Positions 24,454 to 37,603 of a stretch of DNA of 64,000 nucleotides are shown one piece after another. Source of the DNA: Podarcis vaucheri (Eukaryota); the NCBI GenBank assembly GCA_965113315.1, contig OZ220366.1; one strand, given 5' to 3'. A program made the position numbers and the translations under genes. Positions within the stretch are counted from its first letter, which is position 1, and each line of letters begins with the position of its first letter. The notes under the pieces are model-generated. The model was not told the DNA's origin. It did no database searches and saw only the letters and a list, made by a program, of their open reading frames with translations.

Positions 24454-24497
<44 letters not shown>

Positions 24498-24810
24498 TAT
24501 AATATATAATTTATACCCCACCCACTGGCTGGATTGTCCCAGTCACTATGGGCAGCTGCCAACAGAATATTAAAAACACGATAAAACATCAAACATTAAA
24601 AAATTCCCTAAACAGGTCTGCCTTCAGGTGTCTTCTAAAAGTCAGGTAGTTATTTATTTCCTTGACAACTGATGGGAGGGTGTTCCACTGGTTGGGCGCC
24701 ACTACCGAGAAGGCCCTCTGCCTAGTTCCCTGTAACCTCACTTCTTGCAGGGAGGGAACCGCCAGAAGGCCCTCGGAACTGGACCTTAGTGTCCGGGCTG
24801 AACGATGGGG
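24454..24810 (-). mobile_element. L2-clade LINE 3' fragment with (ATT)n tail
   Basis: Translation RTLRSSSEGLLAVP...RAFSVVAPNQWNTLP...FRRHLKADLF is the L2 ORF2 C-terminus; homologous to 27650-27930 and 32090-32350. Confidence 0.85.
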
Positions 24811-25429
24811 AAACATAATTTCCAGGCAAGTTGTAGGTCCTCATCATAGGGACTGTGCTCCATAAAGTGTCATGTTACCTGTTACGTAGTAGTAGCAGTA
24901 ACCAAAAGTAGATGCAGAAAGACTTTTGAGAATGCTGAAGAGAATGTGGAAGCTGTAGTCTTGACTGAAAGCAAATGACATGTGGTGCTACTTTCCTTGT
25001 TTCCGTGCAGCATGAGCTGTCTCTAAGCAATATAGACATTGCAGAATAACACCTGGTTTCAGTGTGGTATAGCGGATAAACTACTGAGATCAGAGCTGTA
25101 CGTAGGGTCCCTCATGCTCTTAGCAAGGAGCTGTATGCCCCCCCCCGAAAAAAACCACTTTACTGCAATAGTCACACTAGAAATTACATTTTACGTGACC
25201 CGAGTACTTGAAGTGTCTGGAGTAACAATGAGGTGAGGAGAAAGGCAAAAAAATAAAAAATAAAATGCATGCCTTTATGCCACATTGAGATAAGGATAGG
25301 AAGCTCCACATTTGATGTTGCTGCAACAGCGGTGGCACGTCACCATGCATGTACACACTGTACACTCCCTCCCCCCCAGAGCCTGTATCCCCAGCGGGGG
25401 CTGATTTTTCTAACTCCTAGGTACACCTC

Positions 25430-25545
25430 TGACTGAGCTTGGATCAGAATTGAGTTCAAATTCTCATTCAGTCATGACACTAGACTGGTCACTCTCTCTC
25501 AGCAGAAACTATCTCAAAGGGCTAGAATGAGGATATATATACTGC
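25430..25545 (+). mobile_element. Old tRNA-derived SINE fragment (Squam3/MIR-like)
   Basis: B-box-like gagttcaaattc followed by a cagtcatga...ctctcagc...aaggg...tgaggat core; similar remnants near 30430 and 50200. Confidence 0.4.
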
Positions 25546-26693
25546 CATATATCCTGCACCCCATGTATACTGCATAAGTGCTCGTTACTCAACAGAAGAG
25601 CAGAATACAAGTAAGGGATAGATAGATGAATAGACAGATAGATATGCAGCTATGTCAATTCTGTCTCAATCCACTTTATATAGAAAAATATAGGTATAAT
25701 TAAAGCACATCAAATTGGCATTAATTTATGCATCAAAAACCATCATTTTGTAAAGCCCTCTTGAGATTGCACCATTCAAACTGCAGGTGTGGTGTTCTGC
25801 TTCAATGCTATCAACATTTTTAAGAAAGATCTTCCCTAGATGTAGACAACTAGCACATCAAACCAAAGGGTAGAGACAATATTTTTCTCTCTCTGATATG
25901 CTAGTTTAAAAAATACATATAAGTATTTTTTTTTACCTGAGGGAAAGTTTAAATATGCAAATCACTTTCTGTAGTACCAACAGAACTCTACATATGATTA
26001 TTCCAAATTTATGGAGTTGTTCTTTTTTTTAAAAAAAATGCAGATTTTCTATATTATAAATATTTCCAAACAGCAATGAAGCACACAACTTAGTGCAGTT
26101 TTACTGCATATTTCATACAGACAAAGCATGCTTTTTCCAATTTATGCTTGAGAATTTTCTCAGAAGGATAAGGTTCTAGGTTTGCCTTAGGTTATGAAAT
26201 TAATTCAGCATGGAAACTACTAATAAGAAAAAGGCAGTTCAAAGAAAAGGGATAGTATTGCCAGTCTCCCTCTCTATTTTGGACTTGAGAATCTTTGTGC
26301 TTTGGCATAATATAGGATAGATCATCTGCTTAGAATAGCTGATAAACAGTAACCCACAAATGCTACAACCTTTAAACATGGCCTTGGGCACCAGCAACCT
26401 AAGTAAAGCAATAATCTAGCAATCTTAACAGGCTCAAGAGAAAGCTTTAGTTAGGTGTTCTATAAATCTATCAAGCTGTTGCAGTGATAAATTCATAATG
26501 CAATATTAATTTTACACAATAATCTCTGTTTGTTAAACTCAGGAAAACCAGCCCTTTAATCTGCTTTCATTTTGGAAACTTTTCTTAAGTGAAAGAGTAA
26601 TTCAACTATTTTATATTTTCATCTACGACTGCAGAAAGGTATTGTAATATGCTAAAGACACAAAATACAACTGCAAGTTAAATAATCACTTAC

Positions 26694-26865
26694 CAATTAT
26701 TATGGGTTGAGGTTCACTTTTCACTCCAACACCAGCACTGGTACTTGCTGCAACTTCTATTCTGTATTGAATACCTGGATACAGACCTCCAATCACAACA
26801 GATCGAATGGCTGCATCTACAGTCTTGTTGATATGAAATTTTGTTTCATTACCCAAGCACCAGAT
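26694..26865 (-). CDS. ROBO2: ROBO2 coding exon, 172 nt, FN3-3 end: [57 protein letters not shown](G)
   Basis: Acceptor ctctttttcag|ATC, donor G|gtaagt; phase 0 to 1; not in the ORF track. Confidence 0.95.
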
Positions 26866-27183
26866 CTGAAAAAGAGGGAGGTTGAATTATGTAGAAACAA
26901 CTGATAATACCCCTTTGAGAATACAAGGTAGTAGCAATCCTAATTACAAAAATAAATATACATAAATCTGAAATGTTATTTCTTTGAACTTTTAGTGAAA
27001 GAAACATTGATACATGCATCATCATCATTAACTCTAAGACAGACTCATACTAACAATATTGTTTTTACTTAGGGGTAGCAGCATGTCTAATGGCCCAGGA
27101 TGATGGAAATCATAGAAAACAACATCTGGAGAGAAAAATTTTGGCTGTCCCTGACTAACATTGAAGTTATTCTATGCTACTAA

Positions 27184-27928
27184 CAAAGTACTGCTTTGGG
27201 GGGACAGGGGGTGGGTGGGTATGGAGGACTCCCTGGTCCTGAATGGGGTAACTGTGCTCCTGAAGGACCAGGTGGGAGTCATTTTGGACTCACAGCTGTC
27301 CATGGAGGCGCAGGTCAAATCTGTGTCCAGGGCAGCTGTCTACCAGCTAAATCTGGTATGCAGGCTGAGCCCCTATCTGCCCGCAGACTGTCTCGCCAGA
27401 GTGGTGCATGCTCTAGTTATTTCCTGCTTGGACTACTACAATGTGCTCTACGTGGGGCTATCTTTGAAGGTGACCCAGAAACTACAGAATGCGGCAACTA
27501 GACTGGTAACTGGGAGTGGCTGCCGAGACCACATAACACTGTTCCTGAATGACCTACATTGGCTCCCAGTACGTTTCCGAGAACAATTCAAAGTGTTGGT
27601 GCTGACCTTTAAAGCCCTAAATGGCCTCAGCCCAGAATACCTAAAGGAGTGTCTCCACCCCCATTGTTCAGCCTGGACACTGAGGTCCAGCTGTGAGGGC
27701 CCTCAGGTGGTTCCCTGACTGCAAGAAGTGCGGTTACAGGGAACCAGGCAGAGGGCCTTCTCGGTAGTGACGCCCACCCTATGAAACGCCCTAAATCAGA
27801 TGTCAAGGAAATAAACAACTATCTGACTTTTAGAAGACATCTGAAGGCAACTGCGTTTATAGAAGTTTTTATGTTCGATCACATTTTTAACAATCTGTTG
27901 GGATCCACCCAAAGTGGGTGGGGTATGT

Positions 27929-27962
<34 letters not shown>
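27184..27962 (+). mobile_element. 5'-truncated L2-clade LINE with (ATCA)n tail
   Basis: ORF 27161-27718 contains GVILDSQLSMEAQV, LDYYNVLYVGL, LQNAATRLVTG and LHWLPVRFREQFKVLVLTFKALNG, hallmarks of the L2 ORF2 C-terminus. Confidence 0.9.
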
Positions 27963-27964
<2 letters not shown>

Positions 27965-28466
27965 CCCTGGAGGAGAAACTATGAGCCATCGAATGCCATT
28001 ACACATTGATTTCATTTAAGAATCACTTTTTGTATTAAAAAATACAAAGTCATTTGGCAATAAAATATAAATGATAAAAAACGTTTGAAGACCAATACAG
28101 AGTAATACATAGAGGGGGATATCATTAGTGTACAGATGACAGGTCATCCCCGCATCTTTTATTGACTTCTCCCAACTGTTTTATATAAATATTAAATAGT
28201 ATTGGGGACAAGAAATGATAACTTACAGTGCCCTACAATACAGTTGCCAGGAGGCCAAAAATACCCTAATATATGAAAGGGAAGGAGTTCTTGTAGGTGC
28301 TAATACATTATCTGTCTACCTTCTCTTTCTCTTATTGATGCCATTACTGAAATTGTTTAGGAATCCAGGTTTCTTCTTCTTGCTATAACTAAATAAATGC
28401 ACAAAAGGTCCCTTAAATGCCACATATGTATATTTAAACCATCACTTTGTGGTATGGAGTTGATTA

Positions 28467-28711
28467 CAGTCATACCTCGGGTTACAGACGCTTCAGGTTG
28501 CGCATTTTCGGTTTGCACACCGCGCCGAACCTGGAAGTACCGGAACGGGTTACTTTTGGGCTTCAGCGCTCGCACATGCACAGAAAAACTAAATCACACT
28601 TCGCGCATGAGCAGAAGCGCCGAATTGTGACCTGTGCGTGCACAGATGCGGCGCTGCGGGTTGCGAACGTGCCTCCCGCACGGATCACGTTCACAACCCG
28701 AGCGCCCACTG
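28467..28711. mobile_element. Tigger/pogo-like non-autonomous DNA transposon (MITE)
   Basis: TA|CAGT..CCTCGGGTT...AACCCGAG..CACTG|TA ends; CpG-rich relative to the flanks. Confidence 0.75.
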
Positions 28712-30768
28712 TATAACCATCCAATGCATCACTTTGCAGCACCAAACAGATTATTCCAAGGCATTTATTTGTTTCACTTATTTATTCATGGGTTTTTTTT
28801 TGAGAATGCAGGAATTTGAGAAAATTGCAGGAATTCTGTTTTAGTCAAAAAAGTATCTTGGTATTCAATTATTGTAATAGTGCAGAATCCATTAACTAGC
28901 ACTCTAGGGACCTCAAGCAATCATGTATTCATCTGTGAAATTACACAGAAATTACCAAAGAAAGGTGATGCTGGTCAAATGTTGTAAGTGATGTTGTGTG
29001 TTATTCCTGTTCATAGCGATCCTGTTTCTTATGAAAACAATCAAATGAATCTCTATAACACGGCCTTTTCTTGTACAGTGGAGGCCCTGGAACAGGCTAT
29101 ATGCACTCAGAGGACTGAGACAGCAAAAATCTCTCTGACTGCATCTTTATATATATAAAAAAGTGGTGTGTGCTTCTGGCAATATGTACACAAAAGGTAT
29201 TACATTGTCTTTCCCCCCTTCTGGCTTCTACTTCTGGCTTTTACTAATAGGAAGCACATTGCTATAATAAATGTCACATGTCAAGGGCATTCACCCATCT
29301 CACAAAAATATTCTATGTTCCTCATATAAAGAATAAAAATAAATGCTATCTTCTGCACTGATGCAATCATGCCTATCCATTTAACAGGTAAATGAACTAT
29401 CAATGAAACATATACAATCACTTGTTATAATGCATACCATGCCCTTCAGGTAAATTGACTCTCATTGTAAAAATCATGCAGATGTTTCTACTTAACCAAA
29501 TAACTGGAGCAAATTAGCATTAATTGCCATGTATGCTAACTAAAATTCTCTTAAACTGAAATCCTTAGGGCATAGTAAGCAATATAGGTAAGAAACATGG
29601 AGAACCTACAACCCATGGAACAAGGAAGTTATTGTAGATAGTCCAGTTATGAGAGGCAGCTTAATATAAGAAGGGTGAGTTCTACTCTGGTAACAGCTGT
29701 GGCCAGGTGTCTGTTAGTTTTACAGTTCTCTCTGCATGCCCAGTGTGGTCTTTGAATGTTGTTTTCTAATAGTGGCTCGTCTTTCCTGAACCACAAACAA
29801 AGCAGTCTTACCATGAAGCAACATGAAGTGCTTGCTTTGGGCAGCAGATTCCAGAAAAGGTGCCCTTCTACTACCTCCTCTGACCTCCTCTCCCTCTGTA
29901 TAATTAAAAAACAATGAGTTCCAGTCCTAAGCAGGATGGAAGGGGTGCTGCTGTCATTTTTATTTTATTTTATTTTTTTGCTTCGGGTGCAAAAATGTCA
30001 AAGACTGGGTCTGATCACAAGCTCTTTTGAAGAGCTTCAAAAACAGTTTTCAATTCAGCGAACTGCTAGGGGAAAAAAGTTTAAAGCCTCAATTGGAGAA
30101 TGCAAACTCTTGTGTGTGCCTAGGGGGAATTGCTTCTTTTTAGAATAGCGCTATACCTAAAAGGAAGGCTGAAACTCTCCTGCAGCTCTGGCTTTGTTAC
30201 ATCAAAATTGAACCCAAGATTTATCAGAAGTCTCACCTCTTCCATAATAGCAAACAGACACCTTTGTTCCTCCAGGATGTTGGAATTCTCAGTAAAAGAT
30301 CATACCACACTCCAAACCTTATACTACCAGTTATATAGATGTTTTTTTTTTTCAAATCTACAAAAAGGATTGCTGTTGAGCTATCTTGTTATTTTAAGAT
30401 ACGCACGGCTGGAATAGCAGAGAGTATCTGGGTCTCCAGAATCAACTCTCTGTTCAGCTATATAAGCTCACTGGAGGGTATTGAGCTAGTAAGCGCCTCT
30501 CACAAATTATAAGTTGTTTTAAAGATAAATGAAGACACAACTGAAAAGCCAATTTTATACTGAACTGCCTGAAAAAAAGACTCTCTCTCAATTCCTGTAT
30601 TTGTGACATGGGAATACCATGAGCTACACCACAGCAATGTTACAGGGATGATTATTGCAGAACACTTTTAAAACTAAATGATGCTACAGAAATTATTTAT
30701 TAATACAATGAACAGAAAACATACACTATATTTTGAGATGCTTTCTTCCTGCTACATTTCATTCCTAC

Positions 30769-30893
30769 CTTGTATTCTTGAATGATTCCATTCTGGTGAT
30801 CTGGGGGTGGAGGATCCCAGGAAATACTTATACTGGTGCTGTTGTGGTTTCCAACTGTGAGAACAGTAACAGATTGTGGTGGGGCACTTGGAG
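30769..30893 (-). CDS. ROBO2: ROBO2 coding exon, 125 nt, FN3-3 start: (A)[41 protein letters not shown]
   Basis: Acceptor ctctgctccag|CT, donor AAG|gtagga; phase 1 to 0. Confidence 0.95.
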
Positions 30894-32033
30894 CTGGAGC
30901 AGAGAGATGTAATAAATTGAAAGAAAAACATTTTGTTAAGTATTCTAAAAGCTTATGCTCAACACCAACATAGTATGTACAGGTGTGCAGCACATACTGA
31001 ATGACAGTGTGATCTTAATTTCTTTGCCCCTAATCCCAGATGTCTGTCCTATTCAGTAGTGTGGGAACAGCAATGTATGCAAATGCCGTCTTTCCTTTGC
31101 TTCACATATTCCAGGGCTGAGTGTCGTGTCAAATTAATACCCCAGTGGATTTTTGTTTGTTTTGCCATTCTGAACCTTATTCATGCCAGACTAATATTTA
31201 TTTAGGTTTTTCCCCCATGCAGAATATTTATTTAGGTTTTTTCATGCTGGATATTGACATTCAGTTTTAATTTTGTGTCTAATTTCTTTAGATATCATTT
31301 AAACATATACTGTAAAGTCTGTGAGCAGAACTCTTGTATGTTTTTATATGCTTTACATCACCTTGTACAATTTAAGCACTCTAGAAATATTGATGATGAT
31401 GTCTGAAGGCCCTAAAGGCACATGGGTTGCGACCCAGAGAAGTGTGCAGCTGGTTTTGATACACAACATAGGTTTTGAGTCTGCTTACTTTCTGGCTGTT
31501 CCCCCGCACCTAGTAGAGAGCTTAAAGAAAAGAGGCATTGCAATTCATGTGCAACCCATATTGTATGGCTAAAAAGACGTGCTGCACCATGGCAATTTAT
31601 TGCAAAATAACTGAAAGAGGGGAAAGCCACATTATTCCCTCTATTTCTCTTTTCGTAGCCAAAAGGCACCATCAGTGCACGAGAGAGAGGTTTTGAGGTT
31701 TACAGAAGTACAAAAAAAGTTTAGTAAAAGAATCAAAAACAAAAACCTCAAGGGAAGTATCCCAAAACAGGCAATGAGAACTGAACTTTCTGAACGAGTA
31801 GTGCTAATTGACTGTTAACCATGGGAGAGGAGGAGAATGGAATGGATTATCCTGAAGGATAGCAGCAGTGTCGCGGGCCAGTGCTGCTAGCCAGCTGCAA
31901 CCTGACCTTTGGGTGACAACCATCGGCCACCAGATGCTTGCAGCTTACCTTGATGGCCCTGACTGTGGATCCTAGACCTGCCCGCAAATTGGCCTATCAT
32001 GGGTAGGTTTAGAGGTTGGCCAGTCCAAAAGGA

Positions 32034-32085
<52 letters not shown>

Positions 32086-32836
32086 TATTTATAGCCCGCC
32101 CATCTGGCTGGGTTTCCCCAGCCACTCTGGGCGGCTCCCAACAGAATATTAAACTGGGTAAAACTTCAAACATTAAAAACTTCCCTACACAGGGCTGCCT
32201 TCAGATGTCTTTTAAGAGTCAGGTAGTTGTTTATTTCCTTGACATCTGGTGGGAGGGGATTCCACAGGGCGGGCTCCATCACTGAGAAGGCCCTCTGCTT
32301 GGTTCCCTATAACCTCACTTCTCACAGTAAGGGAAATGCCAGAAGGCCCTTGGGGGACGTTCCTTCAGGTATTCTGGGCCGAGGCCATTTAGGGCTTTAA
32401 AGGTCAGCACCAACACTTTGAATTGTGCTCGGAAACATACTGGGAGCCAATGTAGGTCGTTCAGGAACAGTGTTATGTGGTCTCGGCAGCCACCCCCAGT
32501 CACCAGTCTAGCTGCCACATTCTGGATTAGTTGCAGTTTCCGGGCCACCTTCAAAGGTAGCCGCACGTAGTCCAATAGTCCAAGCAGGAGATAGCTAGAG
32601 CCTGCACCACTCTGGCGAGACAGTCTGTGGGCAGGTAGGGTCTCAGCCTGAGTATCAGATGGAGCTGGTAGACAGCTGCCCTGGACACAGAATTTACCTG
32701 TGCCTCCATGGACAGCTGCGAGTCCAAAATGACTCCCATGCTACACACCTGGTCCTTCAGGGGCACAGTTGCCCCATTCAGGACCAGGGAGTCCTCCACA
32801 CCTGCCCGCCTCTGGTCCCCCCAAAACAGTACTTTG
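32034..32836 (-). mobile_element. 5'-truncated L2-clade LINE with (ATT)n tail and a small internal deletion
   Basis: ORFs 32551-32799 and 32315-32575 closely match the 27184 copy (LHWLPVCFRAQFKVLVLTFKALNGLGPEYLKE). Confidence 0.9.
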
Positions 32837-32979
32837 CTTCAGGATGAGAACAGAAATCACTCGGTGGCAGTGCGGCAGCAGCGGAAGGCCCCATTAGCTA
32901 TAGTGGTGCTTCAGGTTAAGAACAGTTTCAGGTTAAGAATGGACCTCCGGAATTAAGTACGTAACCAGAGGTACCACTG
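32837..32979 (-). mobile_element. Half copy of the Tigger-like MITE family seen at 42899
   Basis: Ends GAGGTACCACTG|TA; contains caggttaagaa repeats that are the reverse complement of 42899-43040; truncated at the L2 junction. Confidence 0.8.
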
Positions 32980-34689
32980 TATAGGGTTTATCAAAGTTCA
33001 CCCCCACATAACACTGTATGCACATACATTATGGAACCCATCTATCTTCATTTTTCTACTTAATACACCTACAGTTAATGACTTCTAGCTTTTCTGCATC
33101 ATGCAACTGAAAAAAGAAGCAAAATAATTACATGATTTTAAATTCTACTAATAAAATGTTCAGCATGCCAAGTTTTAAGGTCAAGAAAATACACAGGAAT
33201 CTGGTTTAAAGCTTGATTGAGAACATGGAGGAACTGGAACTGTTTTTACATCTACATACTTGCACATATGCCTATACACACACATATATGCCAATACAGT
33301 ATGTAATTTCTAGCTATGTAATCTAACTGTTCTATCTTCATCTGTATAATACCACTGCAAGAGTTGACACCATAATATAAACTAAAGCACTTCCCTGACA
33401 GTGTTGCAGTTATTAAATGGACCACACTGAAAAATAACATTTTTAAACTGTTTTCTCATTTCCCTTGCTGCTGACTTGTGGCGAACACCATGCCTGATTC
33501 TTGACAGGTCAATTATTCCAGTGCTCAGTTCCTTCCCACAGATATTAAAGCACCAAAATCACTGCTCATCTTTTCCAGACACAACCAAACAGAATTCCAT
33601 TTGTTACTTTCACAAGGCCAAAGAGGTAGGAGATGAATGGATACTGAATTGTGACAAATGTCTGGACTTCAGGAAAAAGGGTGGGGGGGACCTGTGATAA
33701 AATCGATTTTTTGAGTTAGGCCCCAGAAGAAACATTTCCTCTGATACTCAGTTCCGTGAAAAATGAGATATACTTATTTTAAGTATTTCCCTGACTAAAA
33801 ATACACATTCTGCGACTGAAAAAATACAGTACTCATATCATATATCTAAAGCCATTTCTAAAACAGGTTTTTCTTCTATTGAAATGGTATTCCCTTAAGC
33901 AGAATCATATCAATGCATAAAATATGACACTTTTAAAAAGATTGCCCTTTTTCTCTGAGAAGTGAACCATTTTCATTTAAAAGATTTCTTGCGATTATGT
34001 CTAAAAAAAGCATAAACCCAAGATAATTACAAAGATAATTAAGGAACCAAAGAAAATGCCCATGCAATGACAGTTTGTGAATGCAGTAGTTTTTGCACGT
34101 AAGCCTATAAATAGTCTCCTATACAAGCAGATACTTTAACCAACGCCCCCCCCCCCCAGTATCTGACATTTAACTGTTGACAGTACAATTTGTTACAGTC
34201 TTTTTCTTTCTTTCTTTTTTTATACTGAAGGAGACACCAAGAGGCAGAGTGGCTGAAGGTTACATTAATCTACACAACAGTTTAGGGCCCATGAGTTTAA
34301 CATATCTATAGGCAGGGACAGTCTAAAAGCCTTCGCTCTACAAAGAAGTAGCCTTCAGAATGTGCAATACCCTGGCATACACTACTGGAAAATAACAGCC
34401 ATTAATGAGACCATCACTCAGTCTTCAAGAAGTCTACAGAATTTTCATTTAGCAGTTCTTATTTTTTATTTTACTGGGAGAAAACATTCTAGTTATATTA
34501 ACAACAGAAAATATGCAAAAATAATAATAATTCAATCCTACTTGGGTGACTGAGTTTGTCTAATGGTTGTTTTGTTAAACCATTTCTTAACCTTATTTTT
34601 GTGTACCGATGAAGACACGCATAACTAGTCCCGCCTCTTGTCTGCAACAGTGCCATCTAGATGCTTCTAGGATCTAGAAGACCTTTTCT

Positions 34690-35470
34690 GTTGTTTGCCT
34701 CCCAGCAAATGGTATTCAGGGGAATATTTCCTCTCAAATTTCATCTAGTTATTATGTTTATTATCAGTGAATATACCTGTAACTTCATCAATATGGTTTC
34801 CTTCAAAACCATATAAGCCAGCACCCAAACCATCTCCACATTTGTGATTTATAATAGATTATGCATTGTGCAAAGAAGGATGGCTATCCTAAATCTACAT
34901 TCCATCAATTTCATTGAGTGCCCCCAAGTTGTTGTGTTATGAAAGAGGAAGAACCTTCTTCTGCTTCTTTCTTCACACCAGTCATAATTTTATAAATGTC
35001 TACATTGTCTTCCCTTAGCCATATTTTTTTTTTCTAAAGCAAGAGAACCAAAGCACTTTAGCTTTTCTCTGTAGCACAAGTGCTCCAAATTCTTGTTAAT
35101 TTTACTTGCCATTTTCTGTACCTCTGGAAGATCTATAACATTTTTTGTGGCTGGAACTATTTGAGACCACAAATGGTGTTTGCAACCAGAACTATTTATA
35201 CACAATATTCCAAAATTGCCCACAGCATGGGCTTATATAAAGGCATTATAATACTGTTTTATTTTTAATCTCTATTTAGTGATCCCTAACATGAATTTTA
35301 CCTTTTAGTTACACCTGATTTGGAGGTTCAGTGGACCTCTTCACTGCAACCCTAAAGAATTTGTTCACCTGCAAATTTCGCTTTCTCAGTTAATTTATAA
35401 ATTAGCAGAATAACAATGGTACTAATACAAATCCCAGAGACCACACTATTTATTTCTCTTCATTTCAATT
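34690..35470 (-). mobile_element. Degenerate CR1 LINE 3' region
   Basis: ORF 34990-35223 contains EVQKMASKINKNLEHLCYREKLKCFGSLALEKK, matching the CR1 ORF2 motif VQxRATKMIxGLExLxYxERLxxLGLFSLEKRR. Confidence 0.7.
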
Positions 35471-35637
35471 GTCTATTGAATTGTCTACCACTGTGGAATT
35501 CTGGTGTACACATTTAACTTCATTATAGAAAACAGGCTAACTCCTACTTGTGGAAAGCCCCGTATGCATACTGGACAATATGTAATTAACTCGCCAAAAC
35601 ACACAAGCCTATTATTACTTTAATAGTTTTTATTTAC

Positions 35638-35869
35638 CTTCTTCCGTGGTACGGGCAGATTTTGATTCACTGTCCATCCCTTGAAACTCATTGAAGTATG
35701 GCCGAACTTTAATTTCATAAGTAACTCCTTTCTTCAAGTTGACTAGGACAGCACTGCGCTCTGTGGGAACTTTGGCCTCTAGGGTCTGCCATGCAGAAGG
35801 GGAAGGTAGGCCTGATGTTTGTCGATATATGACTCGATAGCCTTGAATAAATTGTGATTGGCGGTCAAC
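35638..35869 (-). CDS. ROBO2: ROBO2 coding exon, 232 nt, FN3-2: VDRQSQFIQGYRVIYRQTSG...YEIKVRPYFNEFQGMDSESKSARTTEE(A)
   Basis: Acceptor ttatttcag|GTT, donor G|gtaaat; phase 0 to 1. Confidence 0.95.
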
Positions 35870-37440
35870 CTGAAATAATATTAACACAAACATTTCTACC
35901 ATCAGATGAAGAAGGAATTTTACTTCATTTTCTCTGAGCTTCCATACACAGATGATTTCGTTCTGGAATAAAACCCATCCACTCTGGCTCAACAAACAAA
36001 ACTGCCAAATTGAATACACTCGTCCAACAGTTATTAGAAACACTGAAAGTGGGGTACAGGGATGTCTGCACAAATATGCTGCTTTGTTCTAAACAGTGTT
36101 GCTGTGTGGTCAAGCAAAGTGCCCAAAAGAATAACATACAAGGCATATTTAGTATATCTGTATACAGCTGGCTGAATGGTTAATTCTAGCCAGAAAGTCA
36201 AGATTCGACAAAGTAGGATTTTCTTCACTCTCTTGACAGCTTGCTTAGCTCATCAAAGATTTCCCAGAATTAAGAGTTATATTGGGCTATATCAAAAGTG
36301 AATGAGTGCAAGGTTAAAGACCTACGCCATCTTACTAATATCAATTACCTTTACTAAATTCCCTTTACACTTCTCATTAACTTCTTCAATGGGGGATCAG
36401 GTTCTTATTATAGGAAAGCACACACAACAAGCTAAACAAGAAACTGAAATAAAATTTATGAGATCAATGCATAAATATGTTTCATCAAAACTGCTGTTGT
36501 TAAAAAACCTTGCAACATATGTTACAACAGCATTAAGCTTGCATTTTATAAACTTCTCTAGATACACTTTAAGGGAATTTATGCACTGAAGGAGGGACAT
36601 AACTCACAATAATAGCTTGTTAATACTGAAAGAATCAAGCTGTGTTTTTAAGAAGAACATTAAGCAGCTGCTTCCAAATGAAGGGGGTTTGTAAATCAGG
36701 ACAAATTGTTTTTATCCACATTTGAGTTTCATTAATTAAATGCTTTACGGACATAGATACTTTATGAACCAAGTGTTTACTACAAAACACACTTTCAGTT
36801 ACTCTCTATAGTTCGTTATATATAGCCACAACCTATGGTATTCAAGGTATATGGTGCAGCAATAAAAGGAATATTTTATTCTTCTTTACATATTAGTATT
36901 TGACTTTGATGGCTGTGAAGTTTTCCTGTCTTACCACATGTGGAAAAGTATTAACTTCAGGCCACATACTTGGATTGCATTATTATATGTAAAGAAATGG
37001 ATGCAGAATAAAAAGTGTCTAAGATTCACACAGCAGCAAACATAGAATAAAGAAAACCCCGCCCCTTGCTCTCTCCCAGTTATCAATGCTCAGCAGCCCC
37101 CACCCTTCTGCAGAGTCTTCCTACCAAGACCTAACATGAATAAAGCTACATGACTTAAGATAGTCTTGTTTAAGCCACCAAATTTAAGCTTTAAAAATGG
37201 TCATATCTAAATTATAGTAGTGGGCTTAAGTCCTTTGCTCACACTCACAGGCAGGCTTGCAAAAATCTGGTGGCCCAGGTGACAGTGCTAACTTAAAAAC
37301 TGGTCTTGGCTGCTGAAGGCAGAGGGTGGTATTCAATTACCTAACACGCACAGACATTCCCCCTTACTTTTTAGGAGGAAAAAAGTGAGTGTTATGGTGC
37401 AAAAAATACGGTAAGTTCTACTCAGGCTAGACCCAATGAA

Positions 37441-37603
37441 CAAAGCTGTCAACTTTCAGATTTGAGAATAAGGGATCAGCAGCCTCACCTGTCCCGGGGA
37501 CAGTCTACAGGATATCTAACAATCTGGGATAGCAGCGGGAAGCAGCAGGAAACAGTGAAAATAAGGGAATTTCCCGCAAGAAAAGGGAAGGTTGACAGCT
37601 ATG
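37441..37603. mobile_element. hAT non-autonomous element, 163 bp
   Basis: Terminal inverted repeats CA(A/T)AGCTGTCAAC...GTTGACAGCTATG; exact 8-bp TSD CCAATGAA at 37433-37440 and 37604-37611. Confidence 0.85.

Noticed and set aside
27161-27718. 185-aa ORF as a host protein
   Set aside because: It is the C-terminus of L2 ORF2 from a 5'-truncated copy, with no RT core and no true start.
31887-32285. ORFs with poly-Ile or poly-Asn runs (also 12275-12677)
   Set aside because: These are translations of (AAT)n microsatellite tails.
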